NCBI GenBank assembly: GCA_002868855.1 | Contig: PKUM01000126.1 | Location: forward strand, 1-58,208 | DNA length: 58,208 nt | Origin: Chromatiales bacterium | Lineage (GTDB): Bacteria > Pseudomonadota > Gammaproteobacteria > Steroidobacterales > BM003 | Direction of reading: 5' to 3' | Part shown: in pieces, positions 50,580-58,208 of the stretch | Layout: each line of letters begins with the position of its first letter | How positions within the stretch are numbered: the stretch's first letter is position 1 | Made by a program: the position numbers and the translations under genes | Notes under the pieces: model-generated | The model's input: only the letters and a program-made list of their open reading frames with translations | What the model was told of the DNA's origin: nothing | The model's database searches: none

Positions 50580-51719
50580 TCACCCAAGAGCCTTTTCGAA
50601 CAGACGATAGCGCTTGTAGGCAACTCCGCCGATCGACTCAATTATGTTGCGCATGCCGAGGTTGTCCGCAAGTATCCACGACAATTCAACTTCTTCGATT
50701 CCGCGCCGGGCAAGCACCTCCCGTTCCGCGTCTATCAACGTAAATGCCAGTCCCGGGCCCATTCGTGTGTTCTGGAATTCCTTCCGCACCCCCATTAACG
50801 GAACACGAGCGGTGCGCGGATATCGCACCTTCAGGCGCCACAAGAGCCTCGCCCAGTTGAACGGAAGCAGACGCCCACCCATATCGGCGATGACTTCGTT
50901 GAGATTCGGCAGCGCCACGATCATCGCTGCCGGACGGCCTTCGACCTCGGCGATCTGCACCATATCGGGGTCGGCAAGGTGCAGCATGGCGCGGCCGATT
51001 TCCGCAAACTCCGCTTCGGTAAATGGAACAAACCCCCAGTTCTCCGACCACGCGTCATTGAAAACATCGCGCAGTATCGCGAGCTCCTCATCGAGACGAT
51101 CGCGGCGCAGATCGCGCACGACAGTACGCTTTTTCACATACGCCACCAGTTTTCGCATGACCGCGGGCGCTTCGTATTGTGGCGGCATGATGTAGGCCAG
51201 GGTGTCTGCAGCGCCGATGTAACCGTATTGCGCCAGTCGATCCGCGTAGTAAGGTCGCGCGTGCCCCATCATCATCGATGGTGGCGTATCGAATCCCTCA
51301 ACCAGCAACCCGCATTCCTCGTTGACAGTCAGGTTGAATGGCCCACGCACCCGGTGCATTCCTTGTTCGCTTAACCAGCGTTCCGCCGTCCCGAGCAAAG
51401 CGCCGAAAACCGCCGGGTCGTCAACGCTTTCAAGCATGCCGAAGAAGCCGGTATTGTCAGCGTAGCGCTGCAGGTGAAGCTGGTCGATTTGGGCGCTGAT
51501 TCGCCCCACACATTTGGCGTCGCGCAGCGCCACCCATGCATGCCATTGCAGATGATCAAAAACGGGATTCTTAGAGGAAAAATGCTGTTTACGCTCGACA
51601 AGTAACGGAGGTACCCAACTGGGGTCCCGCGAGTAGATCGTCCGAGGCATCCGCAGGAATTGTCTGAAGGCCTTCCCGGAAACTGCCGACACAATATTTA
51701 AATCTTTATTATCAGACAC
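50580..51719 (-). CDS. bcerS: Bacterial ceramide synthase (GNAT-fold N-acyltransferase)
   Basis: WVPPL..ER, GRISAQID, GPFN...NEE.GLLVEGF..PP.MMMGH, FNDAW..NWGFVP, RVPLMGV, ELSWIL.DN..M; spt context. Confidence 0.82.
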   Translation of the reverse strand: MSDNKDLNIVSAVSGKAFRQFLRMPRTIYSRDPSWVPPLLVERKQHFSSKNPVFDHLQWHAWVALRDAKCVGRISAQIDQLHLQRYADNTGFFGMLESVDDPAVFGALLGTAERWLSEQGMHRVRGPFNLTVNEECGLLVEGFDTPPSMMMGHARPYYADRLAQYGYIGAADTLAYIMPPQYEAPAVMRKLVAYVKKRTVVRDLRRDRLDEELAILRDVFNDAWSENWGFVPFTEAEFAEIGRAMLHLADPDMVQIAEVEGRPAAMIVALPNLNEVIADMGGRLLPFNWARLLWRLKVRYPRTARVPLMGVRKEFQNTRMGPGLAFTLIDAEREVLARRGIEEVELSWILADNLGMRNIIESIGGVAYKRYRLFEKALG

Positions 51720-52372
51720 TTATTATACCGCCACTGGGCAAGACACAGTGTGCGCATCGGAACCCGAAAACTCGCCGGTTGCACCGCACAAAAGAAAGCT
51801 TCCTTTCCGCCGGATATGAAATTAGAATTGTACGCTTGATTTGCCTAGGGGTAGCTAGGGGTGGTCATGCGGGCGCAGGCAGTATAGCCTTGGGATCCTG
51901 CGGTTGCCATGCAATGCTCAGGGCCAGAACGTGTCGATCCGACGTGCGACTAGGGGCCGGTAATTCGAGAGACTGGCCGCGGAAACATGGAGATTCAGGG
52001 GGCGGGCGGATCGATCAAACAGCACCAGTCGAGAATAACGACAAGTTGCGAGACCTGGCTCGGGGAAGAGTCTGGTCGGCGCAGTGTTGCGTTTCTGGTT
52101 TGGCGGTGAGCGCGGTGAGTTGATTGCCAATAATCAATTCGCTCGCGATGTTTCCGCAAGGTGCATAGTTCAGTAAAATGAGTTAATTAGGTAAGATAGT
52201 TTACGCAGCGGTGGAATTTTACCCGCCTTTGAAAAAACGCCAGGAAATTTGCTCTTACAGGGATTGTTGATTCAGTTTGCGAAGCCTTCCCCTTTGCGGG
52301 CGGGGAAGTACAGGGCGAAGGTGGGATCGGATCAACCGGGGGAAAGGCCCAGGAGAGAGGTACAGCTTAGGT

Positions 52373-54148
52373 ATGGAAGCAACACCTACGCAGAATAACT
52401 TGCCACTCCGACCAGCGGATTTCTCTGGTCTCGCCGAGGCGTTGGATTACGCCGCACAAGGTGAGACAGGTGCAAATTTCTATGACGGTCGCGGCCGGCT
52501 GTATGCGGCACTGCCCTATTCCGAGATGCGCGAACGTGCCAGAAGCGTGGCGCGGAGAATCATCGGACTCGGCCTTAAACGCGGCGATCGCGTCGCGCTG
52601 GTTGCGGAAACCACCCCGGATTTTGTCGTCTTTTTCTTCGCCTGCCAGTATGCCGGCGTCATTCCGGTTCCGCTTACCGCGGCAGTAACGCTCGGTAGCC
52701 ATAACGCCTATGTGCGCCAGTTGCATGGTTTCCTTACCAACTGCGATGCGTCGATCCTGATCGCACCGCCCGGGTACGAGGAGTACCTGGATGAGGCAAG
52801 CGAGGGCGTCAAACTCGAATTTTGCGGGACGCCCGAGGCATTTGCCGAACTGCCGGAGGCTGACGTCGAACTGCAGCCGCTTTCCGGAAAAGAAACCGCC
52901 TATATCCAGTACACATCTGGCAGCACCCGTTTTCCGCGTGGCGTGATGATCACCGAGGAAGCGGTGTTGAACAATCTCAAGGGCATTGCGGTTGACGGCG
53001 CTGAAATTCGTCCCGGCGATCGTTTTTTCTCCTGGCTACCGTTTTACCACGACATGGGCCTGATCGGTCTCGTACTGACCCCGGTCGCCTGTCAGATCTC
53101 TGTCGACTACCTGGGCACACGTGAGTTCGCCATGCGGCCGCGCCTGTGGCTCGAGCTGATGACGCGAACCAAAGCTTCGGTGTCGTTCAGCCCACCATTC
53201 GGCTACGAACTGTGCGCGCGTCGCCTGCGCAGCGGTGATGCGGAAAATTATGATCTCAGCAACTGGCGCATCGCCGGCGTAGGAGCCGAGATGATTCGTC
53301 CGGAAATCCTGCATATGTTTGGCGAGGCACTCGAGCCGAGCGGTTTCGACGAGAAAGCTTTCCTCCCCTGTTATGGCATGGCCGAATGTTCTCTCGCAAT
53401 CAGCTTTGATCCGCTGGGAACTCCGATAACGGTTGACGAGATCGACAACGAACACCTCTCCAATACGGGCGAAGCGGTTCCGGTTACGACGCCAGAACAA
53501 AAGGCCCGCTCGCGCGCATTCGTAGTCTGCGGTGCGCCGCTGCCCGAATATGAAGTCGAGATTCGGGCCGAAGACGGCACGCCGATGCCCGACCGTCGCA
53601 CGGGCACAATATTCGTGCGTGGTCCGAGCGTAATGTCCGGTTACTACAACGAGCCGGAGATAACTGCGCAGACATTGTCTCAGGATGGTTGGCTGAATAC
53701 CGGTGACATCGGTTACCGCATCGGCAAAGAGCTGATCATTACCGGGCGTAAGAAAGACCTGATTATCATCAATGGCCGAAACATCTGGCCACAGGATCTT
53801 GAATACCTGGCGGAGCAACAACCAGAAGTTCGCACCGGAGATGCGCTGGCTTTTTCCGCGCCCGGTGCGGGCGGCGAAGAAACTACGGTACTGGTAGTTC
53901 AGTGCCGACTGCGTGACACGGAGAGACGCAGCCAGCTTGTCGAGCGGCTGCAACAACTCGTCCGGGAAGAGCTGGGCATCGACTGTAAGGTAGAACTGGT
54001 ACCGGCGCACACGCTGCCGCGGACGTCCTCTGGCAAGCTTTCGCGCTCCAAGGCTCGCCAGAACTATATCGAGAGTCGCGGCGAACAATTCGGATTGTCG
54101 ACCGTCCCCGGCAAACGCAGGGGCCGTGTCGCGGCCGCGGGCAGGTAA
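52373..54148 (+). CDS. Fatty acyl-AMP ligase / acyl-ACP synthetase for sphingolipid synthesis
   Basis: QYTSGSTRFPRG, WLPFYHDMGL, PCYGMAE, TGD, GR.KDLII.NGRNIWPQD, LPRTSSGKL. Confidence 0.88.
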   Translation: MEATPTQNNLPLRPADFSGLAEALDYAAQGETGANFYDGRGRLYAALPYSEMRERARSVARRIIGLGLKRGDRVALVAETTPDFVVFFFACQYAGVIPVPLTAAVTLGSHNAYVRQLHGFLTNCDASILIAPPGYEEYLDEASEGVKLEFCGTPEAFAELPEADVELQPLSGKETAYIQYTSGSTRFPRGVMITEEAVLNNLKGIAVDGAEIRPGDRFFSWLPFYHDMGLIGLVLTPVACQISVDYLGTREFAMRPRLWLELMTRTKASVSFSPPFGYELCARRLRSGDAENYDLSNWRIAGVGAEMIRPEILHMFGEALEPSGFDEKAFLPCYGMAECSLAISFDPLGTPITVDEIDNEHLSNTGEAVPVTTPEQKARSRAFVVCGAPLPEYEVEIRAEDGTPMPDRRTGTIFVRGPSVMSGYYNEPEITAQTLSQDGWLNTGDIGYRIGKELIITGRKKDLIIINGRNIWPQDLEYLAEQQPEVRTGDALAFSAPGAGGEETTVLVVQCRLRDTERRSQLVERLQQLVREELGIDCKVELVPAHTLPRTSSGKLSRSKARQNYIESRGEQFGLSTVPGKRRGRVAAAGR

Positions 54149-54192
54149 GGCGCTGCCTTCTTGTCAGGCCGTGCTCGACCGGCTTGTTGATC

Positions 54193-54220
54193 AAGGGCAC
54201 CTGTCGGTGCCCTTTTTATT
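54193..54220 (+). terminator. Intrinsic terminator-like hairpin between the acyl ligase and cerR
   Basis: AAGGGCACC-TGTC-GGTGCCCTT followed by TTTATT. Confidence 0.7.
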
Positions 54221-54245
54221 CCACGAGTAATTACCCAAGGACACG

Positions 54246-55175
54246 ATGGTTAAGATCGCGCTCACTGGCGCAACCGGATTTATCGGACAACACATTGCCA
54301 GGGAATTGTCAGGACACAATGTCTCGGTGCGCCTGCTCGCCAGAAACCCTGCGAAAGTCTTCTTGCCCGATGACGCTGGCGAGGTCGTGCGAGGTTCGCT
54401 GGCAGACGATCAGGCCCTGGCGAGGCTTGTGGCCGGTACCGACGCGGTAATCCACTGCGCCGGCAGCGTCCGCGGCGCCACACTGGAGCAGTTCAGCCGG
54501 GTAAATGCGGATGGAGCCGCCAGGCTTGCAGGAATTGCCCAACGCGAAGGATGCGCGCGCTTCCTGTTGTTATCGTCCCTGGCCGCGAGGGAACCCGGAC
54601 TGTCGCCCTACGCAGCGAGCAAACGCGCCGGCGAAAAGAGCGTGGCGCAGGCGGCTGGCACGATGACATGGGCTGCATTTCGCCCCCCTGCCGTGTACGG
54701 GCCCGGTGACAAGGAAATGCTGCCGCTGTTTCAGCTAATGGCCCGTGGCGTGGCGCCGGTTTTCGGTTCAAAAGATGCACGCTTTTCGTTAATTTTTGCA
54801 CCCGACCTGGCGCAGGCCATCGTCGCATGGAGCCTGACCGAAGAGCCGCCGCCGGGGATATTCGAACTCGACGATGGAAAGAAGAACGGTTACGGCTGGC
54901 GCGATATTACAGAGACCATCACTGCGCTGACCGGCAAACCGATACGCATGCTTCGCATTCCGTCTTCCGTACTGAGTATTCCGGCAGCGGTAAACTGGGT
55001 GCTTGGACGATATCTGAATCGCACGCCAATGTTGACTCCCGGCAAAATCCGCGAATTGCGTCATCCCGACTGGGTCTGCCACCCAAACCCGGCCCTTGCC
55101 GCCGTAGGCTGGCGACCACAGCATTCTCTGGCCGAGGGCCTGGCAGCGACACCGGGCTGGCGCCGCGAGACCTGA
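54246..55175 (+). CDS. cerR: NAD(P)-dependent extended SDR, probable ceramide reductase
   Basis: TGATGFIG, SSLAAREP.LS.YAASK, RPPAVYGPGD; follows the acyl ligase as in known sphingolipid loci. Confidence 0.75.
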   Translation: MVKIALTGATGFIGQHIARELSGHNVSVRLLARNPAKVFLPDDAGEVVRGSLADDQALARLVAGTDAVIHCAGSVRGATLEQFSRVNADGAARLAGIAQREGCARFLLLSSLAAREPGLSPYAASKRAGEKSVAQAAGTMTWAAFRPPAVYGPGDKEMLPLFQLMARGVAPVFGSKDARFSLIFAPDLAQAIVAWSLTEEPPPGIFELDDGKKNGYGWRDITETITALTGKPIRMLRIPSSVLSIPAAVNWVLGRYLNRTPMLTPGKIRELRHPDWVCHPNPALAAVGWRPQHSLAEGLAATPGWRRET

Positions 55176-55217
55176 CTGCAGGCGTAATCTCCAGCCTGTC
55201 AGGTCATGACGATCGCG

Positions 55218-56108
55218 CTATTCAGGCAATGCCTGCAAGTGGAAAACCGCCATCTGCAAGCCACTCGGCCGCGCCCCAATCACACCGAACCACTTCCGGT
55301 ACAGAATGCCGATCTGTTCGTTTCGAAACACATCCGAGAGCGCTCTATTGGCAACCAACCGGAAGTCCGGATCGTTACGCCGAACTACAAGCGCATACGG
55401 TTCATACGAGAAGAAATCGTCGGACACGACAAACTTCGATGCGTCACCGGTGTTTTTTACCAGTCCAAGCAACACCAGGCGATCTGATGCAAAAGCATCG
55501 ACTTTCTTTTCCGCAAGCAACCGCATTCCCTCGCCGTGCTCGGTGACTAGCTCCAGTTCGGCATTGATCAGCGCTTCGCCCATAAACGCCTTTAGCGCAG
55601 ACTCCGTCGTCGTGCCAGCCACGACCGCTATGCGCTTTCCGCCCGCATCCGACATTAGTCGAATCGGCTTACTCCTGAGCGACAGCAGGGTGCCACCGGT
55701 GACGAATGTGATATGCGTGAAATCGACGAGCTCCTGTCGCGACAACGTATTTGTCGTGGCGCCGCATTCGATGTCGACCTTACCGCTGGTGACCGCTTCA
55801 AACCGCTGTTCGGCACTCAATGGCACATAGGTCACGGCCATTTCCTGGATACCCAACCGCTTCTGCACAGCACTCGCGATCCGCTTGCACAGGTCGATCG
55901 AATAGCCGGATGGATTGCCCTGACCATCAACAAATGAGAATGGCGGAGAATTTTTGCGGTAGCCAATCGCCATCGCACCGCTCTCCTTCACCTTGGCAAG
56001 CGTATCGCCATGCTCCGCCGCCTGCGCCGGCAAACTGGAAAAAACCAGCAGTGCCATCACTGTAAAACGCACGCTTGTCGACAATCCGTTCAGGCTTATC
56101 CCCTTCAT
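55218..56108 (-). CDS. Amino acid ABC transporter substrate-binding protein (GltI-like), orphan
   Basis: Signal peptide, IGYR..SPPFS, GYSIDLC, DIECGATT...R, GTTTE, EPY. Confidence 0.85.
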   Translation of the reverse strand: MKGISLNGLSTSVRFTVMALLVFSSLPAQAAEHGDTLAKVKESGAMAIGYRKNSPPFSFVDGQGNPSGYSIDLCKRIASAVQKRLGIQEMAVTYVPLSAEQRFEAVTSGKVDIECGATTNTLSRQELVDFTHITFVTGGTLLSLRSKPIRLMSDAGGKRIAVVAGTTTESALKAFMGEALINAELELVTEHGEGMRLLAEKKVDAFASDRLVLLGLVKNTGDASKFVVSDDFFSYEPYALVVRRNDPDFRLVANRALSDVFRNEQIGILYRKWFGVIGARPSGLQMAVFHLQALPE

Positions 56109-56254
56109 ATCGAGCCTGCTCCAATCCGTTTAGTTGGGCAAAAGGTAGCACAACTAATTGGCCGCGTGCCGGCGCGAGCGCTGCCTCCGCCTTGTACCGA
56201 ACCCGCTGGCCTACATATACTGGCAGCTCAGCAAACGTTCCGGATTACCGCACA

Positions 56255-57730
56255 TTGAGAAAAAAGCCTTCACTCGTTGATGCGGTAGTACCGATAGCCG
56301 TTCTGATAACCCTCCTGTCCTTCTCTGTTTTTCTGTTCGGTGATTCGTCATCCGCCGGACCCAATCAGATCGCGATGATTTTCGCCGCTGCGGTGGCAGC
56401 ACTGATCGCACTGAAAAACGGGAACGACTGGCATTCCATCCAAAACGCTATCGTCAAGGGAATTTCCACGGCGATGGCCGCGGTTCTGATACTGCTCGCA
56501 GTAGGTGCACTGATAGGCAGCTGGAATCTGGCCGGCACCGTGCAGGCAATGATCTATTTTGGATTGAAGATTCTCAGCCCCGATATTTTTTATGTCGCCA
56601 CATGCATCATATGCGCTCTCACATCGCTGGCAATCGGCAGTTCATGGACGGTTGCCGGAACACTGGGAATCGGCCTGATGGGAGTATCCCAGGGACTCGG
56701 ATTATCGCCAGCGATGACTGCTGGCGCCGTCATATCCGGCGCCTATTTCGGCGACAAAATGTCGCCTTTGTCCGATACCACCAACCTCGCGCCGGCAGTC
56801 GCCGGGGTCGAACTATTCAGTCATATTCGCCACATGTTGTGGACTACGGGTCCCTCGTTCGTAATCGCCATAGTCATTTTTTCGTTTATTGGGCTGGGTG
56901 GCGTCAGCACCGGAGCCGATACCAACATGGGCATGATCGGCGATGTTATCGCCGCCAATTACAGCCTGTCTTTTCCTACCCTGATACCGCTGGCATTAGT
57001 GTTCTACCTGGCGCTGAAACGCTACCCCGCTTTGCCGACGATCCTGGCAGGCGCGCTGGCGGGAGTCCTGGTTGGGCTGATTATCCAGCGCCCCGCTGTC
57101 CTCGCGCTTGCCGATAGTCCGGATCTGCCTGTCGGACTCGCGCTGCTCAAGGGTGTATGGATCACACTCTTCGACGGATTTGTTGCAAACACCGGATACG
57201 AAATGGTGGACAACCTGCTTTCGCGGGGAGGCATGAATAGCATGCTTTCCACGATATTCCTGGTGTTCTCCGCGCTGAGTTTTGGCGCGGTGATGGAATA
57301 TAGCGGCATGCTGGCCCGCCTGATCGAATCAATTCTGGCTGCTGCAAAATCGACCGGCTCGATGATAGCCGCAGTGCTGGTAACCAGCGTCGGCGTCAAT
57401 ATTGTGGCTGCCGACCAGTATCTTGCAATCGTGTTACCGGGACGCATGTATCGCGCAGAATTTTCCCGGCGCGGTCTCCACCCGAAAAACCTGTCCCGCG
57501 CGATTGAAGACGCGGGAACAATCACATCGCCTTTGATTCCCTGGAATACCTGCGGCGCCTACATGGCGGCGACGCTGGGTGTGCCCACTCTCGCGTACCT
57601 GCCGTACTGTTTTTTCAACCTTGTGAATCCGTTGATTTCGATGATCTACGGATTTCGCGGTATCACGATCGAAAAACTCGAAAAAACTGAGCCAACCGAT
57701 AGTCAGGCAGAATCAGCATCGTCGATTTGA
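56255..57730 (+). CDS. nhaC: NhaC-family Na+/H+ antiporter
   Basis: GSSW...GT.G, SGAYFGDKMSPLSDTTN, LLSRGG, LSR.IED.GT...PLIPW; start approximate. Confidence 0.88.
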   Translation: MRKKPSLVDAVVPIAVLITLLSFSVFLFGDSSSAGPNQIAMIFAAAVAALIALKNGNDWHSIQNAIVKGISTAMAAVLILLAVGALIGSWNLAGTVQAMIYFGLKILSPDIFYVATCIICALTSLAIGSSWTVAGTLGIGLMGVSQGLGLSPAMTAGAVISGAYFGDKMSPLSDTTNLAPAVAGVELFSHIRHMLWTTGPSFVIAIVIFSFIGLGGVSTGADTNMGMIGDVIAANYSLSFPTLIPLALVFYLALKRYPALPTILAGALAGVLVGLIIQRPAVLALADSPDLPVGLALLKGVWITLFDGFVANTGYEMVDNLLSRGGMNSMLSTIFLVFSALSFGAVMEYSGMLARLIESILAAAKSTGSMIAAVLVTSVGVNIVAADQYLAIVLPGRMYRAEFSRRGLHPKNLSRAIEDAGTITSPLIPWNTCGAYMAATLGVPTLAYLPYCFFNLVNPLISMIYGFRGITIEKLEKTEPTDSQAESASSI

Positions 57731-58208
57731 ATCACTTTGCCGGGATTCATGATTCCCTGCGGGTCAAGGCTCTGTTTCAGTCGCACCATCAGATCGTACT
57801 CGGCACCTGACCTGAAGCGCGACAGCGCGTCACGCTTCAGGCGACCAACACCGTGCTCGGCGGCGATGCTCCCGCCGCGCGCCGATACAATTCGGTAAAC
57901 GGCCTCGTGCACTGCTCCGGCCTGGGCCAGAAATTCCTGCTCGTCAGCGCCAACGGGCGGAGACAGATTGAAATGCAGATTGCCGTCTCCGATATGGCCA
58001 TATGCCACCAGGCGTACTCCCGGCACCAAATCCCGTACCGCAGCCCCGGCCTCAGCAATCAATCCGGGAACACTACTAAGCGGTACCGACACGTCATGTT
58101 TGACGCTCACCCCTTCGTGACGCTGCGCCTCCGGAATACTCTCCCGCATGCGCCACATCGCCTGCCGGTCCGCCTCGCTTTGTGCCAGCGCAGCGTCGAT
58201 CACGACAC
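57703..58208 (-). CDS. FAD-binding oxidoreductase (D-2-hydroxyacid/glycolate oxidase family), C-terminal part
   Basis: W.MRE, KHDVSVP, GHIGDGNLHFN, AEHGVG, DP.GIMNPGK; truncated by window end. Confidence 0.88.
   Translation of the reverse strand, partial: VVIDAALAQSEADRQAMWRMRESIPEAQRHEGVSVKHDVSVPLSSVPGLIAEAGAAVRDLVPGVRLVAYGHIGDGNLHFNLSPPVGADEQEFLAQAGAVHEAVYRIVSARGGSIAAEHGVGRLKRDALSRFRSGAEYDLMVRLKQSLDPQGIMNPGKVIQIDDADSA

Noticed and set aside
51722-51727. Minus-strand TATAAT as bcerS promoter
   Set aside because: Only 2 nt from the predicted GTG start and no -35 match; cannot be supported without TSS data
51779-52130. Small ORFs (114 aa +, 70 aa -) in the bcerS/ligase intergenic region
   Set aside because: No motifs, no convincing RBS, composition unlike neighbouring genes
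42011-54148. FAAL plus ACP as the start of a PKS/NRPS lipopeptide cluster
   Set aside because: No KS, C or additional A domains in the window; Spt explains the acyl-ACP

Overview
GC-rich (~60% by eye) chromosomal segment from what looks like a free-living gammaproteobacterium, judged from the gene orders ffh-rpsP-rimM-trmD-rplS, ffh/ypjD-yfjD and rnr-rlmB-rpsF-rpsR-(membrane protein)-rplI-dnaB-alr. The left two-thirds is mostly housekeeping and catabolic: sdaA, putA, kbl-tdh, sppA, a TatT-containing TRAP (TPAT) transporter, a class II cyclic-nucleotide phosphodiesterase, a CHASE2-Ser/Thr kinase/PP2C/FHA module, tRNA-Leu(CAG), a desaturase, class I aldolase and pyrophosphatase. The highlight is ~39.5-55.2 kb. 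It holds a complete bacterial ceramide core pathway: ACP, serine palmitoyltransferase, acyl-AMP/acyl-ACP ligase, bCerS-type N-acyltransferase and CerR-type reductase. Interleaved with this core is an unusual tailoring and export set: three ELM1/GtrOC1-family putative glycosyltransferases, a CDI/GT8-like transferase, a Tam41-like cytidylyltransferase, a MobA-like NTP transferase, a metallophosphoesterase and an MsbA-like ABC exporter. This suggests an uncharacterised (phospho)glycosphingolipid pathway and a candidate biochemical role for the ELM1 family. No integrase, transposase, rRNA or CRISPR array was seen. All family calls come from motif recognition by eye, not from database searches.
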